Below, in pieces: positions 12,301-22,810 of a stretch of 64,000 bases of DNA. A model generated the notes under the pieces. It made no database searches and was not told the DNA's origin. It saw only the letters and a list, made by a program, of their open reading frames with translations. The stretch spans positions 96,001-160,000 of IMG/VR virus record IMGVR_UViG_3300010352_000625, one strand, 5' to 3'. How positions within the stretch are numbered: position 1 is the first letter of the stretch; each line of letters starts with the position of its first letter. The DNA comes from a virus. Its lineage: Duplodnaviria; Caudoviricetes. The translations under genes and the position numbers were made by a program.

Positions 12301-13686
12301 TTAATGGCTGATCAATTTAAACCAACCACGGATATTCCAGTTAAATTAATACAAAGTAGATACATGTATAATGAATTTAATATTATGTTATTTGCTGATA
12401 GATGGATTAGCGATGATGATTATTACTATTATACTATTAATAATACTAATATTACTAGTGATACTATTATAGACATATTACCTAGTATTAATATTTCTGA
12501 ATTTGCATTAAACAATTTAATAGAGTGTGGTGTTGAAGGTCATAGTCAAACCGAAGGTTCTTTTATTGTTAAATGTTATAAAACAAAACCAGTTGTTGAT
12601 GTTCCTATAAGAGTAATAACAAGAACATGGGTACCTGAAGAAATGATTTTACAAAATATAACTTTATTAGCTAGTAAATGGAATAATAATTTATATACTA
12701 TAGAATTAGATAATATTAAATCCACAGACACTATAGAAATGATTATAAACGAATCAATAACATATAAACAATATAATGCTATAATATCAGCTGATCTAAC
12801 TGGGTATTCTCAAACAGATGGGTCTTTTGTTATTAAAGCTAACGGAACAGTTCCGACTATTAATGTTTCAATTCTATTTTATATTAATTCAACAACATCT
12901 AAAATAACTAATATGACATTAGACAGAAATTATTGGTTGGGTGAATCAAAACCATTTAATTATAGACTAGAATTGGAAGATATGAATGATAATTTTGTTA
13001 ATATAATACCAGCTGATGATATTAATTCTGTTGAAATGAATATGTTACAAACTGTAGGAATACGTGATGGTGGAATATTTGGTATAGAATCTAGTGGTTG
13101 GGTAATATCATATATGCCGACAGATGAAGATTCTGATATATATTCTTTACATTTTGTAATGATGGATAAAAATAGAAATCTAGTAAAATTTAAATTAACT
13201 AATGACAATCATGATTATAATGAATGGAACAATTATACTATTACTTACAATAATGGAATATTTAACTCTTATGTAAATGGTATTCCTCAAAAAGTTGAAA
13301 ATTATAAGAATTATATAACAAGTAATAATATAGTTGTAGGAACAAATATTAGTTTAATAAATGATATAGATGTTGGAGTGCTAAGTGGTGAGTATTTCAT
13401 GAAAGAATTTAGAATATATCACGAAGTCTTAAATCATAATTATATACTAGAATTATATAATAGAGGAAACATGTTAAATTCGAACGGTGCTTTATATACT
13501 ACAGATGTAATAGAAGATAATGAAATTGTTGATATTTATAAAGAAGGATTAAAAGTTAAAACTATAACAGAATTAACTAACACAGACCCAGATTCAACGA
13601 TTGAAAAAGATATATTAATCAATTTAAATTATGGAATTGATAGTAATGAAGTATTATTAAAAGATGAAATATATGAAACTTTATAA
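9340..13686 (+). CDS. Large tail/receptor-binding protein (beta-propeller and LamG-like domains)
   Basis: 1448 aa; YSSDGLNW/YSSNGIIW propeller repeats; LamG-like motifs. Confidence 0.6.
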   Translation: MTNLNYIDINYDATFTKIDDSTDLGTVSVNKTVYIDTLFEAPVNRDFYRYILDGNTLNYNKFGNDAYISNINTRDINANLVNSLSHFVINKNNYYFCNSDNKINAYTNTGTLYYTTENDYINIKSMILGVGNNIYVKYDTNKIDCLVVLANMLDINWTISNDDFGDYLASDDNYIYVNSISNKNQIYVINPRLVNEGDYIDRIITITGFSAEYDSNEHKTVKYIKCYNNYMFCLFGTDNDTRPSYICKIDLNDDSIIFNIIISDNYTIATSNLYTVNNTIYFAKHNILYKMDLDIVTDSQKIFNDNSNIIKIGKYNEEELYILTDNNRLVILKLNDNDNKIGNIIYNYNDSNDTDKILLDIELDNKNNSLYFIYNNSIENKFPSLIIDDNGLIGSPCYKLDGGGSYIEFESMPMSNKNFSTSISFKPTKINNNKSVLFGGSDNYNWKAICWSDYLNVFCSITENDNVTSIMPDDGSENWYTNDTRTLPVASWNSICWDNVHNLFYIVSNDNKFAYSSDGLNWSLLSNVPNDYEWNKVYFAEYINNIYVIQKNSNKLIYNMDVNGTWREITLPITSDWKDITYRNSDKLLLLVDGTNIIQNIKNHNVFNIITVGDTTHKWTNIIYNKYLNKFIAIGKNTNKIAYSSNGIIWEIKELPYIDVWVSLVYDPHILNKYLLFSENNDTYLISDDLINWTTITELDYYYNIKDVAVSNSRICVLLGDVDLTFYPTGGSDVVIDKKHCLSQKNIFNRNVTKSTFQLYFSEYDNFLYVLYGNYKFKCYFKLDSSKLDEWQIISAIVNNNNVKVYLGDKLISNHNITDDLDVYNYDINTDDKIYFIHNGNDTFYNIYTFRIGNSTFNNNDDKDLYGYVNDFILYNYSITEKEIDDISKVKVLHCRFNYDYTEPVYDNLIHDISCYKHNLTGNSDYITEEDSFKFDSNKSLTVANKNYNFNNDKFTLSFWYKNKTDINDIGSKILVSNYNTLDPYMMLMADQFKPTTDIPVKLIQSRYMYNEFNIMLFADRWISDDDYYYYTINNTNITSDTIIDILPSINISEFALNNLIECGVEGHSQTEGSFIVKCYKTKPVVDVPIRVITRTWVPEEMILQNITLLASKWNNNLYTIELDNIKSTDTIEMIINESITYKQYNAIISADLTGYSQTDGSFVIKANGTVPTINVSILFYINSTTSKITNMTLDRNYWLGESKPFNYRLELEDMNDNFVNIIPADDINSVEMNMLQTVGIRDGGIFGIESSGWVISYMPTDEDSDIYSLHFVMMDKNRNLVKFKLTNDNHDYNEWNNYTITYNNGIFNSYVNGIPQKVENYKNYITSNNIVVGTNISLINDIDVGVLSGEYFMKEFRIYHEVLNHNYILELYNRGNMLNSNGALYTTDVIEDNEIVDIYKEGLKVKTITELTNTDPDSTIEKDILINLNYGIDSNEVLLKDEIYETL

Positions 13687-13703
13687 AGAGTGGGTGAAAT
13701 AGA

Positions 13704-14678
13704 TTGGTTATTAAAACAAATTTTGGAACAAGACAAGCAACAGAAGCTAATATGGGATTAGTTAAATTTGCTTCTGAAGATGAAATTATAGCAGGAATAA
13801 GTACTAATACTGTTGTCAATCCTAAGGGTATTAAATCTGCTATCAATTCTATTAATGGTTTAATATATGATGTAACTTTATTGTCTACTAATTGGGTAGG
13901 CACAACTGCTCCTTATACTTATACGATAAATAGTATTACTGGAATAACAGCTAATACTAATATGCATACTATATTAAGTTCAAATATTAATATCAATCAA
14001 TTATCAGCATTTCAGGAAGCAATGATTGTTGATGGTGGATTAGATACTGATACTATAATTTTTAAAGCATTAGGAATTAAACCAACTGTTAATATACCTT
14101 TAAAAATAATTGTAAGTAAATCATTATATATTGAAGATGATTATGAACCTCAATATGAAGTAGAAACTTTACCTAGAGCCACAACAGACATTTACGGTAC
14201 TGTCAGATTAGCTACACCTTTAGATGTAGAAGAAGCTACTAATGATATAAGAGTTATAACACCTTTTCTATTGGGTAAAAATGTAGCAAATGGTGTTGCT
14301 GGTTTAGACGCTAATTTATTAATTGATGATTCTTTTATTTCTGATAATATAGCTAGATTAGTTTCTCCTACATTAACTGGTACTCCTACAGCACCTACAG
14401 CTGAAGTTGGTACAAATACTGAACAATTAGCAACCACCGAATTTGTTAATAATAGTATAACTAATGTTGATAATACGTATACTATGATAGATAATCAAAC
14501 TATTGTTGATATCTCTGATATATGGATTGATACTAACTATAAATTAACTGTATATATAAATAGATTATATTCCATTGAAAATGTTCATTACATCAAAAAT
14601 ACTATGAATAAAACTATTACTTTAACTAATACATCTGCTGAAAATGATTTAGTCACAGTTATAGTTAGACCTATATAA
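13704..14678 (+). CDS. Tail fibre protein
   Basis: ATE...GLVKFA fibre repeat; SPTLTGTPTAPTA..GTNT.QLATT.FV motif. Confidence 0.7.
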   Translation: MVIKTNFGTRQATEANMGLVKFASEDEIIAGISTNTVVNPKGIKSAINSINGLIYDVTLLSTNWVGTTAPYTYTINSITGITANTNMHTILSSNININQLSAFQEAMIVDGGLDTDTIIFKALGIKPTVNIPLKIIVSKSLYIEDDYEPQYEVETLPRATTDIYGTVRLATPLDVEEATNDIRVITPFLLGKNVANGVAGLDANLLIDDSFISDNIARLVSPTLTGTPTAPTAEVGTNTEQLATTEFVNNSITNVDNTYTMIDNQTIVDISDIWIDTNYKLTVYINRLYSIENVHYIKNTMNKTITLTNTSAENDLVTVIVRPI

Positions 14679-14698
14679 ATGTAAAGGAATGAAAATAA

Positions 14699-15922
14699 AT
14701 GGCAAATAACGTACATTATGGTCCTGATATCAAATCTAGAATATTTGATGTTATACTACTACCACTAAGTTGGATAGGGTCAACTTCACCATTTACATAT
14801 ACTATTAGTACTATAACAAATGTAAACCCAACATCAATAATTCATATTATACCAAGTATTAATATTACTTCTGAAGAATATACAGCATATATAAACGCTA
14901 ATCTTATTGATGGAGGAATTGTTAATAATACTGTAACAGTTAAGTCAGTAGGAGCAAAACCTACAATCAATATACCAGTGAGAATAATTGTAAGTAATTC
15001 TATTTTTGTTGAATCTAAATATGAATTAAGCAGTTATCCAGTAGCTAATGAAACAGAAGTTGGATTATTAAGATTAGCTACAAATGAAGAAATAAATACT
15101 GGGTTAGATAATACTACAGCTGTGTCACCTTTAGGATTATATAATAATTATCTTAAATTAACAGGTGGAACTTTAACTGGTCAATTAAATGGTACAACAA
15201 TAACAGCAACTTCTTTTGTTGGTAATGCATCATCAGCTACAAAATTAGCTACTGCTAGAAATATAGCATTAACAGGTGGAGTAACTGGCTCAGTTGCTTT
15301 TGATGGTTCAGCGAATGTTTCACTTACAACAACAATAGCTAATAATAGTCACACACATACTGGTGATAATATAACTAGTAAAGTCGCATCCAGTACTTTA
15401 TCTGATTCAACAAATGCTATAGCTGGAATTTCGGTATATACAGGTACGACTAATCCAACAAGTTCAACTAGAGTTAATGTTAATGGTTATTTATATGCTA
15501 CTAGAATGTATAATGCTGTATATAATGACTATGCCGAATGTTTTGACACAACAATACATTATAATGATTGTAAAAATAGAATAATTGAATTTAATAATGG
15601 TAAAGCATATTTAGCTGAAGCAGAATCAGATAAAGTTATAGGTATTGTTTCTGATACTTACGGTTTTATACTATATGGTTCAGAAGAAAGTATTAAAGAA
15701 GGTTTGAAAGTACCTGTTGGTATGGCTGGTACATTAAAAGTAGATTCAGAAACGAAAGTATCAATTAATGATATTAATAAATTTATCATATCTGGAATAG
15801 AAGGTAAAGCTAGAGTTATTGAAAAAAATGACATAGTTAATCATTTTGGATGTATAGTTGGAAAAATAATTGATATAGATGAAGAAAAAAATCAATATAA
15901 AGTAATTATATCACTTAAATAG
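14699..15922 (+). CDS. Tail fibre protein with C-terminal chaperone-like domain
   Basis: ATKLATARNI.LTGGVTGS..FDGSANV; NDYAECF. Confidence 0.7.
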   Translation: MANNVHYGPDIKSRIFDVILLPLSWIGSTSPFTYTISTITNVNPTSIIHIIPSINITSEEYTAYINANLIDGGIVNNTVTVKSVGAKPTINIPVRIIVSNSIFVESKYELSSYPVANETEVGLLRLATNEEINTGLDNTTAVSPLGLYNNYLKLTGGTLTGQLNGTTITATSFVGNASSATKLATARNIALTGGVTGSVAFDGSANVSLTTTIANNSHTHTGDNITSKVASSTLSDSTNAIAGISVYTGTTNPTSSTRVNVNGYLYATRMYNAVYNDYAECFDTTIHYNDCKNRIIEFNNGKAYLAEAESDKVIGIVSDTYGFILYGSEESIKEGLKVPVGMAGTLKVDSETKVSINDINKFIISGIEGKARVIEKNDIVNHFGCIVGKIIDIDEEKNQYKVIISLK

Positions 15923-15927
15923 ATAAT

Positions 15928-15960
15928 AAAAAAGAGAGATATTAATTTATCTCTCTTTTT
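15928..15960. terminator. Bidirectional intrinsic terminator between convergent modules
   Basis: aaaaaagagagata-ttaatt-tatctctcttttt hairpin with A and T tracts. Confidence 0.8.
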
Positions 15961-15963
15961 GTT

Positions 15964-16584
15964 TTATTTATCTTCGCTTTCGATGGTAGGAATAGCTACT
16001 GTAGTATATTTAGGGTCTTCATCGAATATATTTTTAAATATCATTCCAACTAATATTGAATAGTTATAATTTATTTTATTCTGATAATCCATACTGTTAG
16101 CACCTAAATAACCAGCATTAGCTAATTTAATATTACCTTTATTTTTTCTTCTGTAGTTATCCCATACTTTAAATCCCGCATATATATTTTTATAAGTGTT
16201 TGTATATAATTCTTCTCTTGTTATACCGTAATTCTTTCTTATTGTAGTTGCCCAAACACTAGGCATTATTTGACTTATACCTACAGCACCAGCACTACTT
16301 CTAGCACTCATCTTAAAATGTGATTCAACTGCACATAAAGCTATATAATACAATACGTGTTGTTTATCTTTTTCTTCTTCAAATAATTTCATGTATGCTT
16401 GCGTAACTTCATCAATATATTGAGGGTCATCATCATTAAAAATAAGTCTAATAAAATTAGATATTTTTTGCTCAACATCATTAACAGATAATTCATAATA
16501 ATAAGAGTATTCATATCTTTCATTTTTAAATATATGATTAATAGGTGTTTTAGTTATAAATGAAGTATTATATTCCACTAGCAT
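15964..16584 (-). CDS. Lytic transglycosylase (SLT family); true start may be further upstream
   Basis: VES.F...A.S.AGAVGISQIM SLT motif; a hydrophobic in-frame stretch lies upstream. Confidence 0.75.
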   Translation of the reverse strand: MLVEYNTSFITKTPINHIFKNERYEYSYYYELSVNDVEQKISNFIRLIFNDDDPQYIDEVTQAYMKLFEEEKDKQHVLYYIALCAVESHFKMSARSSAGAVGISQIMPSVWATTIRKNYGITREELYTNTYKNIYAGFKVWDNYRRKNKGNIKLANAGYLGANSMDYQNKINYNYSILVGMIFKNIFDEDPKYTTVAIPTIESEDK

Positions 16585-16800
16585 ACCTATAATAAATGCT
16601 ACAGTTAATATTAGACTAAGAAATATTAATCCTACAATACCTTTAGTTAATTTTTTTAGTTTAAAAAAACTTTTAATTTTTTTAATATAATGATTTTTTC
16701 TATGTTTATTATCTGCTTTCTTAATAATATCTTCTTTCTTTTTGTTATTATCTTTTATAGTATTAATAATAAAACAACTCCTCTTTTTATTATGAAAAAT

Positions 16801-16840
16801 AAAAGCAGTAATTAAGTTATTAGCTTCACTACTGCTTTTT
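16801..16840 (-). terminator. Probable intrinsic terminator
   Basis: aaaagcagta...tactgctttt inverted repeat. Confidence 0.5.
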
Positions 16841-17159
16841 CTATATTATATAATATTCTTTTTCTTACCATTCAGAATTTCTGTTGACTTCAACTAATTC
16901 TCTTATGGCCCATTTCAAATCTATTAAAGAATATTCTGTTATTGTTCTTTCGAACCCATCTCCCCATTTTAACACGACATGATAATTTTTATCATGCACT
17001 GAGTAATCGATACCCACAATATATTTATGGAATTTTTTCGGTATCTTTTGTAAAATTAAATTGTCAATAACTTTAATATCTTTCATTTTTTGCACCTTCT
17101 TATTTAAACTTATACTAATTATAAATTATATAAACTTATTAAGTATAAGTTTAATTGTA

Positions 17160-17323
17160 GTGAACTAATTACAGCCTAAAGGATGTAATCTTCCTGCTTC
17201 AACGGCTACAAGGTTCATAGTCTCCACAGGCTTGAATTCCCTAGGTTCCCTAGGTATTTGATTTTTAATTATTTTAGTCATTCATATTACCACCTAAAGG
17301 CAGTAATCTTTCTGTCTATTGTA
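17160..17323 (-). mobile_element. Non-autonomous IS200/IS605-family mini-element, copy A (164 bp)
   Basis: Subterminal hairpins at both ends; right end ...TAGTTCAC; left flank TTAC; tnpB-3'-like core GGGAATTCAAGCCTGTGGAG. Confidence 0.8.
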
Positions 17324-17350
17324 GTAAATGTTTTTACATTATTTCTATTT

Positions 17351-17611
17351 TTATCTAGCTTTAATTTCTTCTTCTGGTTCTTCAACTTCCGGTGCTTGAA
17401 CTTCTGGTGATGTTTCAGATTCTTCAGGTTTAACTTCTGTCAAATATCCTAACTTCATACCTAGTTCTATGGTAACTCTGTATTCACCTTGAAGTCTCTT
17501 TTGTTCATCTTTCCCTTCTTCTACTTGTTTTGTTATAGCATCAAACTTATTTTTAATATCATCAAGTTTCTTTAAAAATTCGTTTGGTATTGCATTATTT
17601 TCTGTTGTCAT
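17351..17611 (-). CDS. Small acidic coiled-coil protein (possible prefoldin-like)
   Basis: 86 aa with a good RBS. Confidence 0.45.
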   Translation of the reverse strand: MTTENNAIPNEFLKKLDDIKNKFDAITKQVEEGKDEQKRLQGEYRVTIELGMKLGYLTEVKPEESETSPEVQAPEVEEPEEEIKAR

Positions 17612-17926
17612 TTTCTAAACCATACTCCTTTTTATCTTTGCTTATTTATTATTTAACTTATAACATTTTATATAAATTAATAATTAATTCTTAATTTTAC
17701 TCACAACATTAGAAAAAAGAAATGTTTTGTGTAATATCAGAAATTATATAATTTCTAGTTCTTCCCAACAATCTCTGCATGTAGGTTTACAATCTCTTTC
17801 ACTTTTATCCATTAGATGTGGACAATATGTATTATCGATAATCCATTCTTTTAATTCTTCATTTGTCATTTTTCTTATATCATTAATTAAATTATCAATT
17901 TTTGTCATTTGATATATCATCTTTCA

Positions 17927-18250
17927 TTATTCGATTTTTTTAATTCCAAATACAACATAATCACTGTTTATTCCTAGAGCAGATAATGGTAAAACATAGC
18001 TAATTATAAAACTCATTGTATCAGCTTCTTTCATCGTTTTAACAAATTCATTATCTCTGAGATATTGATAATCATTTTTGCCATCATAATAACTAGTATA
18101 ACCTCTGGGTTCTCTAGCACATCGATAAAATTTTACTACATCACCATCTTGATAACCTCTATAGTTCTGTCTTAATTCAAAAGTTTTATGACCTGTTTTA
18201 ACTGCGTTCCAATATTCATCTAGTAGTTTCAAATGATGTGTTTGATTCAT
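17927..18250 (-). CDS. ASCH/DUF3850-family protein
   Basis: HHLK...YWNAV.TG.KTFELR...RGYQ.GD...YVVFGI. Confidence 0.75.
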   Translation of the reverse strand: MNQTHHLKLLDEYWNAVKTGHKTFELRQNYRGYQDGDVVKFYRCAREPRGYTSYYDGKNDYQYLRDNEFVKTMKEADTMSFIISYVLPLSALGINSDYVVFGIKKIE

Positions 18251-18256
18251 TTTTTA

Positions 18257-18850
18257 TTATCCTCTAATTATTTCATATAATTCATCTGGGGATAGTGACA
18301 TATTATTCATTAATTTTTCTATTGCTCTATCTCGTTGATTCTTCATTTTTTCAAGATCCGTTTGAAGTATAGATATATATTTTGTGTTTTTTTCATTATC
18401 TTCTAATAGTTGAGCAAGTTGAGTATTTAATTCCATCTGTTCATCTTCCTTATCATAAATATTTCCGATAATTTCAAATTTATCTTCATCTAATATATCA
18501 TTACCAACATAATGTTTTAGATTATAGTGTACCCAGTTATATTTTTGTACTAAATTTAATGGTATTGCTCTAAATGCGCCATCTTCGAATTCAACATAAT
18601 ATTTCCAATATCCTTGTTTATATAAAATATCTCCTTCAAATACTCTAGTTTTATTTTTATCTGTAAATCCAGAATATTCCTGAATTGTATTTGGGTCAAC
18701 TTCAACTTTATCAATATTATACAACATATCTGACCTATCAATATAAGATAATACATTACCATCAATTGTTTTTTCTTTTAAATAAAAACCATAATGCCAT
18801 TTTTTATGTTTATCTTTTCCTCTATAGATTATATCTCTCAACTTTACCAC
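18257..18850 (-). CDS. YopX-family protein
   Basis: YRGK...W.YG; VDPNTI..YSG..DKN...FEGDI; EIIGNIYD. Confidence 0.85.
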   Translation of the reverse strand: MVKLRDIIYRGKDKHKKWHYGFYLKEKTIDGNVLSYIDRSDMLYNIDKVEVDPNTIQEYSGFTDKNKTRVFEGDILYKQGYWKYYVEFEDGAFRAIPLNLVQKYNWVHYNLKHYVGNDILDEDKFEIIGNIYDKEDEQMELNTQLAQLLEDNEKNTKYISILQTDLEKMKNQRDRAIEKLMNNMSLSPDELYEIIRG

Positions 18851-18852
18851 CC

Positions 18853-19368
18853 TTATTTATCAACATACTGTAAATTAATACATATTTCTCTCAATGACAT
18901 ATTATTCTTCATATAATTTGTTAGATTTTCTATATCTTCATCTTCTAAATCATATTCATCTTTTAGTATATCATGATATTTCTTATCACCACTATCTATA
19001 TTCAATTTATACCAAGACATGTATTTAGGAAATCTAACTCCATTATCTGACATAAATTTAACATAAAAATAAATATATTCTTTTGGTTTAAGCCAATAAT
19101 TAGTAGTAACAAACATTTCAATATTCTTTCTTGTAAAATCATTATATACTAGATAATGATTTAAAGCCCAAGCTAAAAAATAATATTCATTTTCATCCAT
19201 ATCAGACAACAAATCATCTAAAGCTGTATTTGTGTCTGATACTCTATTATTTATTATATTATATATTTCTTTAATATAATAAAAAACCGTTGGCTTTTGC
19301 TTTTCTTCTTTTACTATTATATCTTCTGTTTTGTTTTTATTAGTAATAAAATTAAATAATTCACTCAT
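18853..19368 (-). CDS. Hypothetical protein
   Basis: 171-aa ORF, translationally coupled to neighbours. Confidence 0.5.
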   Translation of the reverse strand: MSELFNFITNKNKTEDIIVKEEKQKPTVFYYIKEIYNIINNRVSDTNTALDDLLSDMDENEYYFLAWALNHYLVYNDFTRKNIEMFVTTNYWLKPKEYIYFYVKFMSDNGVRFPKYMSWYKLNIDSGDKKYHDILKDEYDLEDEDIENLTNYMKNNMSLREICINLQYVDK

Positions 19369-19428
19369 TATTATCTATCTTTCTAATGCAACGTAGCAAT
19401 CTCGATTTTGTATATATATGCCATTTAA

Positions 19429-20937
19429 TCAATGAATATCCTCCACATTAATTCTTTTATAACTTATATTACTAATTATATCATCTTTATTTGGAATTGT
19501 CAACACCAATTCTATATCTTTATACAATACTTTTACTTTAAATATATCTTTTTTCTTTATTACATCACTAACTGTAAATTGATTTTTAAAATGATTATAC
19601 TTCTTTGCTATTTCACTTATGGTTTTCTTTTTATAATCAATATTTTGTTTTTTTAGTATTCCTAAAATATCTTTCATGTAATCAGTAAAATTTATAACAA
19701 ATTTATTAGTATCAGCATTTAAACAATCTCCAACATATGCAGTATAACCATCAGCATCAAATTCAGGAGTATAAATTTTATCAATATTTAATATATTAAT
19801 ATTATCATTTTTGTTAATTTTTTCGTTGATTTTATTAGTTTTTATATCTTTTTTATTCTCTTTTATTTCATTAGTATTTTTATTGTCATATATTTGACTA
19901 ATCATTTGATTAACTAAATGTATATCAATTTCACTAGGTTCTTTTTGATTAATATAATTATATAGAGATTCATACACAGCACCGTCTGGTATTGTATTAT
20001 TTTTATTTACCTCTGTTTTATTACTGATTAATTGAAATATATTAGTGGTCTCTTTAGCTATATAATTTAAACTGGCCTGTAAATTAAAATCTAATTCATT
20101 ATCAAGAGACACTTCTTTAGAGGGTTGATTATCTTCTTCATTATTTTCTGAATATTCATCTATAATATTATCAGTATTATTATATTCATCATCTTCATTT
20201 ATTATAGCTATATTATATTCATTTTTAAGCAATAATCTTCTAAATTCACCAAAATCATTCAAATTTATATTATTATCAGGTATAATTTCATCTATCTTAC
20301 TATTTTTAACCATTTGCACTTTATCAATATTTTGTACCCAAAGTCCTGATACAATAACAGCCAAATGTATCTTAATGACTTTAGCATCATAATCAAAAAT
20401 TTCATTCATAGTGTTAATTATATTTAATGCTGTATTTATATTTTGAACCTGTTTTTTATTATCAGATATTATTATTGGTTCAATTATAGCAACCATTCCA
20501 TTTTTAAACTGCATTTCTTCTTCTTCATAATTTATAATATGATTAAATATAGGTGCTGGTGTTACACAAAAATCATCTATACCATCATAAATTAACAATA
20601 ACATTTGATTTATAAATAATGATATTGCAATATGTAATTGATTATGAAAATTAAAGTCTGATAGTATTATTAATATAACAGACATTACTTCATCTATAAT
20701 TTTTTGCATATCTTCTCTATTTTTTATTTTATTATTTTTATGTAATATTGAAATATATCTAGTAATAACAGCTGACATATACAATCTAAGATAATATAGA
20801 TTTAAATAATATGAATTATTAGCCATATTAGTTAATACAAGTTTATCTATTTTTTCATTTATTTTATGACAAACATCGATATCTATTAAATAAGATTCTG
20901 ATTCAGAAAAATTAAATTTACTCAAAAGATATTCCAC
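19429..20937 (-). CDS. Hypothetical protein
   Basis: 502-aa ORF with a low-complexity acidic centre. Confidence 0.55.
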   Translation of the reverse strand: MEYLLSKFNFSESESYLIDIDVCHKINEKIDKLVLTNMANNSYYLNLYYLRLYMSAVITRYISILHKNNKIKNREDMQKIIDEVMSVILIILSDFNFHNQLHIAISLFINQMLLLIYDGIDDFCVTPAPIFNHIINYEEEEMQFKNGMVAIIEPIIISDNKKQVQNINTALNIINTMNEIFDYDAKVIKIHLAVIVSGLWVQNIDKVQMVKNSKIDEIIPDNNINLNDFGEFRRLLLKNEYNIAIINEDDEYNNTDNIIDEYSENNEEDNQPSKEVSLDNELDFNLQASLNYIAKETTNIFQLISNKTEVNKNNTIPDGAVYESLYNYINQKEPSEIDIHLVNQMISQIYDNKNTNEIKENKKDIKTNKINEKINKNDNINILNIDKIYTPEFDADGYTAYVGDCLNADTNKFVINFTDYMKDILGILKKQNIDYKKKTISEIAKKYNHFKNQFTVSDVIKKKDIFKVKVLYKDIELVLTIPNKDDIISNISYKRINVEDIH

Positions 20938-20952
20938 CTTAATATTTAAATT

Positions 20953-22260
20953 TTAATATACATCAACTATCATAAAACTATCATAAAATATATTCTCATC
21001 CTCAATAACTACAGAACCTATGCTGTTTTTCCCATCCCCCATATGTCCCCCGCCATCAAAAATATTCTTAGCTATATCAAATGCGTTTGTGCCATTAATA
21101 GTTAATTTTCTCAGCATCTTGTTATAGCAGGCGTAATTTCTATTATTGTCAATTATATCATCAATAGTTTTAACTCCTGAATTAACCCAATCTGTAGCTT
21201 TGTAATACCAAGGACTTACATTAGTGGAACTAATTTTTGTTAATTTATTATAAGATGTGTTGTATTTCCATATAATACTTCTACCACTATCAAAAGGTGA
21301 ATCAATAATAAGAAGTTTATATATGTTTTTACTTTCGTCTTTTTTAAATATAATTTTCATTTCCATACATGGTATTACTGGTTCCATATAATTAATTAAT
21401 AATTTTTCAGATTCTTCATTGTAAAGTTCGACAATTTTATTAATTACAGTATTTTGTGCTAATACGTTCATTAGTATCAGTACACTTTTTGCATTTACAT
21501 TTTTAATATTACTGATATCTCTATATATATCATTAATAGTATCTACAACATCTTCAAATGTTAATCCACAAGGTTGTAGTTTCAAATTATAAGCTGACAA
21601 TAAGTTACTTGACACACAATTGTTCTGATACTCAATTAATCCAGTTCTTATAGCTTTCATAAATCTAGCTATACTACTACAATATTTAGATATTTTTTTA
21701 TCGTATATATCCAGTTCTGTTGCTGATTCTGTGTTGAGAAATTTATCCAAATCTAGTTTAGCATTATCAACTATATCACCATAATTACCTAAAGCCAACA
21801 CTAAATTTAAATCATCTATATATGAAATATCTTTAATATTTTTATGATTAATAATATTCATTAAAGCGTGTTGTATAATAAGTCCACTACATAAACCATC
21901 TATATCAGCATGCATATATACATCTATATATTTAAATTTATATGCTAGTTCAGCTAATACACTATAAATAACTTCATACTTTTCAATCATTAAATATGTA
22001 TTACTTTTGTAAATTTTATTAAATTTAGTCTCCATTAGATGATGGTCGACTATTACTACATTATCGTCTTCATTAATGTCAAAATTTTGGTCCACTATTA
22101 TATTTAAATGTGAACTATCGAAATTCACAGGTCTAATAAAGGTACCAAAAGAATATTTAATTTCAATATCATTCTTGTCAAATATTTCAGTATCTTCTGT
22201 TTCGATATAGTTTATAGCTATAGTTTTATCTTCACCAGTTCCAAAAAATTCTAATTCCAT
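20953..22260 (-). CDS. DHH-family phosphoesterase (RecJ-like, permuted motif order)
   Basis: IVDHH, HADIDG and C-terminal GGGH motifs. Confidence 0.65.
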   Translation of the reverse strand: MELEFFGTGEDKTIAINYIETEDTEIFDKNDIEIKYSFGTFIRPVNFDSSHLNIIVDQNFDINEDDNVVIVDHHLMETKFNKIYKSNTYLMIEKYEVIYSVLAELAYKFKYIDVYMHADIDGLCSGLIIQHALMNIINHKNIKDISYIDDLNLVLALGNYGDIVDNAKLDLDKFLNTESATELDIYDKKISKYCSSIARFMKAIRTGLIEYQNNCVSSNLLSAYNLKLQPCGLTFEDVVDTINDIYRDISNIKNVNAKSVLILMNVLAQNTVINKIVELYNEESEKLLINYMEPVIPCMEMKIIFKKDESKNIYKLLIIDSPFDSGRSIIWKYNTSYNKLTKISSTNVSPWYYKATDWVNSGVKTIDDIIDNNRNYACYNKMLRKLTINGTNAFDIAKNIFDGGGHMGDGKNSIGSVVIEDENIFYDSFMIVDVY

Positions 22261-22703
22261 ATTTTCAAATCCTTTATAATATTATACATTCTTCTATTCA
22301 AGTAATAATCAGCTTTATTAATATTAATATATTTAAATGAATTCATTTCAGGTTTATTAATTCCATTCAATTGAAAGAAACTTGTACACTTCATATTTTT
22401 AATGTTTATCGCTTCATCAGCTTCAACTTGATATTCAAATACTACTAAATATTTGTTATAAGTTGGTAAATATAGCTGATTAGTTAAAAAGACTAATTTA
22501 CTCTCCTGTAGTACTATAGAAGTTTCTTCTTTCATCTCTCTGACAGCAGTAGTACTATAATTTTCTCCTTCTTCATTTACCCCTTTAGGTATGCTCCACA
22601 AATATCGACCGCCATTTCTAGCACCAGTTACTCTACCAACTAAAAATTCATTAGTATTTTTAATACGATATATCACACCACAACTATAAAGACTATCGCT
22701 CAT
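22251..22703 (-). CDS. NUDIX hydrolase
   Basis: PKG....GE....TAVREMKEETS Nudix box. Confidence 0.85.
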   Translation of the reverse strand: MSDSLYSCGVIYRIKNTNEFLVGRVTGARNGGRYLWSIPKGVNEEGENYSTTAVREMKEETSIVLQESKLVFLTNQLYLPTYNKYLVVFEYQVEADEAINIKNMKCTSFFQLNGINKPEMNSFKYININKADYYLNRRMYNIIKDLKIWN

Positions 22704-22732
22704 TTGAAAACTCCTTTACACTCATTATAATA

Positions 22733-22764
22733 TATATTATAACATATTTATCTATTTATGTCAA
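22733..22764 (-). promoter_or_regulatory. Sigma70/sigmaA-type promoter
   Basis: Minus strand TTGACA-N17-TATAAT with extended -10. Similar promoters lie near 25800-25832, 30742-30776, 38075-38109, 40860-40895, 42988-43021, 46765-46993 (x3), 51140-51167, 56003-56033 and 62618-62648. Confidence 0.75.
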
Positions 22765-22810
22765 GTTAATTATTAATATTAATTTTATAATCAAAAGGGT
22801 TTGATTTTTA

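Noticed and set aside
1525-14437. Minus-strand ORFs inside the structural genes
   Set aside because: Antisense shadows of long, motif-bearing plus-strand genes.
17154-17325. attgtagt at both ends of element A as a target-site duplication
   Set aside because: Not reproduced in copies B and D, and reconstructions of C and D fit insertion without duplication.
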